DNA of 37,640 nucleotides from an uncultured virus (IMG/VR IMGVR_UViG_3300021247_000307) (Duplodnaviria; Heunggongvirae; Uroviricota; Caudoviricetes): IMG/VR virus record IMGVR_UViG_3300021247_000307; one strand, 5' to 3'. Shown piece by piece: positions 37,401 to 37,640 of this stretch (position 1 is its first letter; each line of letters starts with the position of its first letter). The notes under the pieces were generated by a model. It saw only the letters and a program-made list of their open reading frames with translations, ran no database searches and was not told where the DNA came from. The position numbers and the translations under genes were made by a program.

Positions 37401-37628
37401 TCTGGTAAATGGGAAGGTTGGACTAGATCACAGAAGTATTTCTTACAGAATATTCCTGGTGTTAATGGTGCATTATCAGTAGCTAGTCCTGAAGCATCTA
37501 ATAGATTTATTATTAATAATGTATTAGGATTTGCTGGAGGATTAGATAAATTAAAATATTATGATGTACCATTAATAGGTACTCTTGATGACCAAGAATT
37601 ATTAGAAATAGAACGTGATAAAAGATAA
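31452..37628 (+). CDS. Large polyvalent cargo protein (2058 aa): ART-like module, two degenerate zincin-like domains, nucleotidyltransferase-like module, helical C-terminal region with a TM segment
   Basis: IVYRG/YSHWT/LLNVKN/GFDS/NEITVFEPKQI (31809-32324); EESAH (32565) and EEIGH (33852); TGFLA...HDIDF (33036-33110); hydrophobic LMVVVGSIALAIIMNLG (37155-37205) followed by DDDDD. Position after the RNAP gene as in crAss-like phages. Confidence 0.8.
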   Translation: MSNCKIFRNKDKSINKVMDEFGNESQLYQDTLFHVSTLVDKMPLTPPIKHYLDKGDIMDTSVSEVALGLWAYSYSKHFRDKYNITKSNLEEVSVDDIIRHIEEYYPKPVIATPTVIQQEVKEGVKELFNSNPELFTIGTQEQYSQYLDTVFPDSKVKDIVYRGAEKGIENHRAYSHWTLRKVLAENFAKQGVNLNKKDESNTTVYFALLNVKNLIRTIEITDKNLKNKGFDSAASFPNQKKPDGTYYDDEEANESIQFINKNLNNEITVFEPKQIHILGSNNDIQGFKKFVSSNVIPEVETNINYQLASDVINPAIEELDKYLLDFLKNFNVKSEQVEGLKAVLGMDALGVTDVLNKLILYIKNRNEETLPEESAHMIVALMGENHPDIKELMSTITNWSEYNDIKNQYLPVYNDENKVKIEAIGKLIAKALVKNYKVNGLDKNKLQKTLDRILKYIKEILDSISFNNIFMYNEFVADHIAINVLSGNKDYIYKIKNLNPNLNAEEEINNNPNAKKIIDMFSSDNVKLTGFLAIAGTENIRRPKGEAIHDIDFKVKSFEVFEKEVLSKLPENSVPIHFGWHKRTYSTYAYAIPLEGYRIKVLKRRGGFSNGRVDNYLLYNEKNEKVTPTQQNVMSVDFFVYKEGVKQKDFDFSSKYIPATFVYEGKMSLGGKSNPYFFSRDKDQEDYVLRDPKSFIHFTKHLYYQLPKQIEPTYNPETKSKTELLDEFNKLIEVSEKMGTKYPDDAINKIKSFLQDLNFKLSTVKEILDKRGLNDNPKAVIDFAYNTIAFGDGATVEDFAEEIGHLIALHAPQDKNLDRALEAIKDTQLYKDNYLNYVKTYSKPGLALEMTPERKAALEVLGRFYGKMLTGTLTEKDMKISKLSVFKRIMNFIRRQINKTDNFNLRNYLESNRDNFFLEPGKEIKSKEIFYSLEQSENVAYNKMFNAIDNMITSMKSRMAREIKDVSAPLGEYSKRQANLQTQLALLYQMQGNIAYDSAIADFLKSLYVDSANIFKFLEKYFVVKKQTEEITLNDIKFNTEEKIFVGDAIIENNSTTLTFDMFRLGRLKKDADLSTLHYSQLSELREFLMHYNSFIEELGIENLSNNLLNDSQLDDLAELLNYVKNSLSSIEEALKILSSKKMPESIENLIDEAGVDINDIPKDIVDALKDTNIKGDVGMMEYLMGTTRDSSQPILRLFNATVKNIMHIAKRNTLSFAGKFLDKLNHRIGQSMDWAYEKYNGKFTGYLLSEYNYGWFKNERDTFFKDINAKYEYPVDFNAKEVMFNRIITRFNNNDKYKEELKALKVKLNKEVDANKRTQYEEQIDTLNTLIDNVELDHKKLKSYQNEINNWFKDNTVELENVEEIIQSVINDSELSSTEKTVWYNNNVITNEDGDVMGYKNELVRPSSKYVNPDYKKLSNTDLEDLNYIKQTKAELDKFLPTKINRLAPQTYQSAMDTLIKTQLPELVDKLKFLGKDIGTKKEDDEIGELVGDRVNYEDETRIIKYNPTRYTKLLLEPNNISTDLLSSMIAYAKMVSEFKEKAERIEQIEFIAQNIKNGYTVNTDTNMSSPSNTSNLVKQMENYLRVQIMGITYPDVTIPVLNVKPTKLLKNFARFVTLKNLGLNFATQFVDFTTSRIWYQVEKTMGDTVTRKSSALGFATFKELAQDSIKESSSTIKNNKLSAILRTLGLSDNLHSVFNDLDKNILMRDASNKVLFAGYRASNFYISGNAALAGMYNFRLYNGKWYTEREFGKIENPTEQFDSLPSAYDNMRVENGLMTIDGMNTKTLNLFTRRMNNLISKIDGKLSEEDKTYAHSTLIGIVTLIHRDWILDGISRRLKKRGFNFDTNAVDEGYWLTTARFMKDFFANKEKTRNLKFLVDNYNALSDMEKEGVRRTMKELMVVVGSIALAIIMNLGDDDDDRELDYIRDMLAYLSTRSTVEITAFYNPFEYLYAATDVFVIGRDLKRIIAFTEMFDAREIESGKWEGWTRSQKYFLQNIPGVNGALSVASPEASNRFIINNVLGFAGGLDKLKYYDVPLIGTLDDQELLEIERDKR

Positions 37629-37640
37629 AAAAAAGAAGGG
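37627..37640. terminator. Possible left arm of a (bidirectional) terminator, truncated by the window edge
   Basis: An A8 tract then GAAGGG directly follows the last stop codon. The complementary arm is not visible. Confidence 0.3.

Noticed and set aside
1..37640. Stop-codon reassignment as seen in some crAss-like phages
   Set aside because: Standard-code ORFs up to 15 kb tile the window with no fragmentation.
1..37640. tRNA, rRNA, IS elements or promoters
   Set aside because: Intergenic gaps are at most 45 nt and no transposase or RNA-gene pattern was seen. Promoter-like motifs cannot be told from background in such AT-rich DNA.

Overview
AT-rich, densely coding phage DNA with every credible gene on the + strand. 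It is best read as the tail and virion-cargo module of a crAss-like phage (order Crassvirales; Bacteroidota host inferred). Gene order: partial ORF; metallophosphoesterase with a LAGLIDADG intein; PD-(D/E)XK nuclease; ring/tail-tube protein; IHF/HU-like protein; tail-stabilisation ('muzzle') locus; two cargo proteins (the first ends in LysM); a 5001-aa virion RNA polymerase polyprotein (DFDID motif); a 72-aa basic protein; a 2058-aa cargo protein. Three things stand out. (1) The muzzle gene appears split by a ~2.75-kb three-ORF fibre cassette, leaving its first ~159 aa fused to a repeat/glycine-rich fibre. (2) The RNAP polyprotein ends in an in-frame array of modules separated by DNA direct repeats, the last being a NADAR domain. 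(3) The neighbouring giant protein carries an ADP-ribosyltransferase-like and a nucleotidyltransferase-like module. Together (2) and (3) suggest a shuffled, co-injected effector/anti-defence payload. All assignments come from motif recognition and recalled family knowledge; no database search was run.
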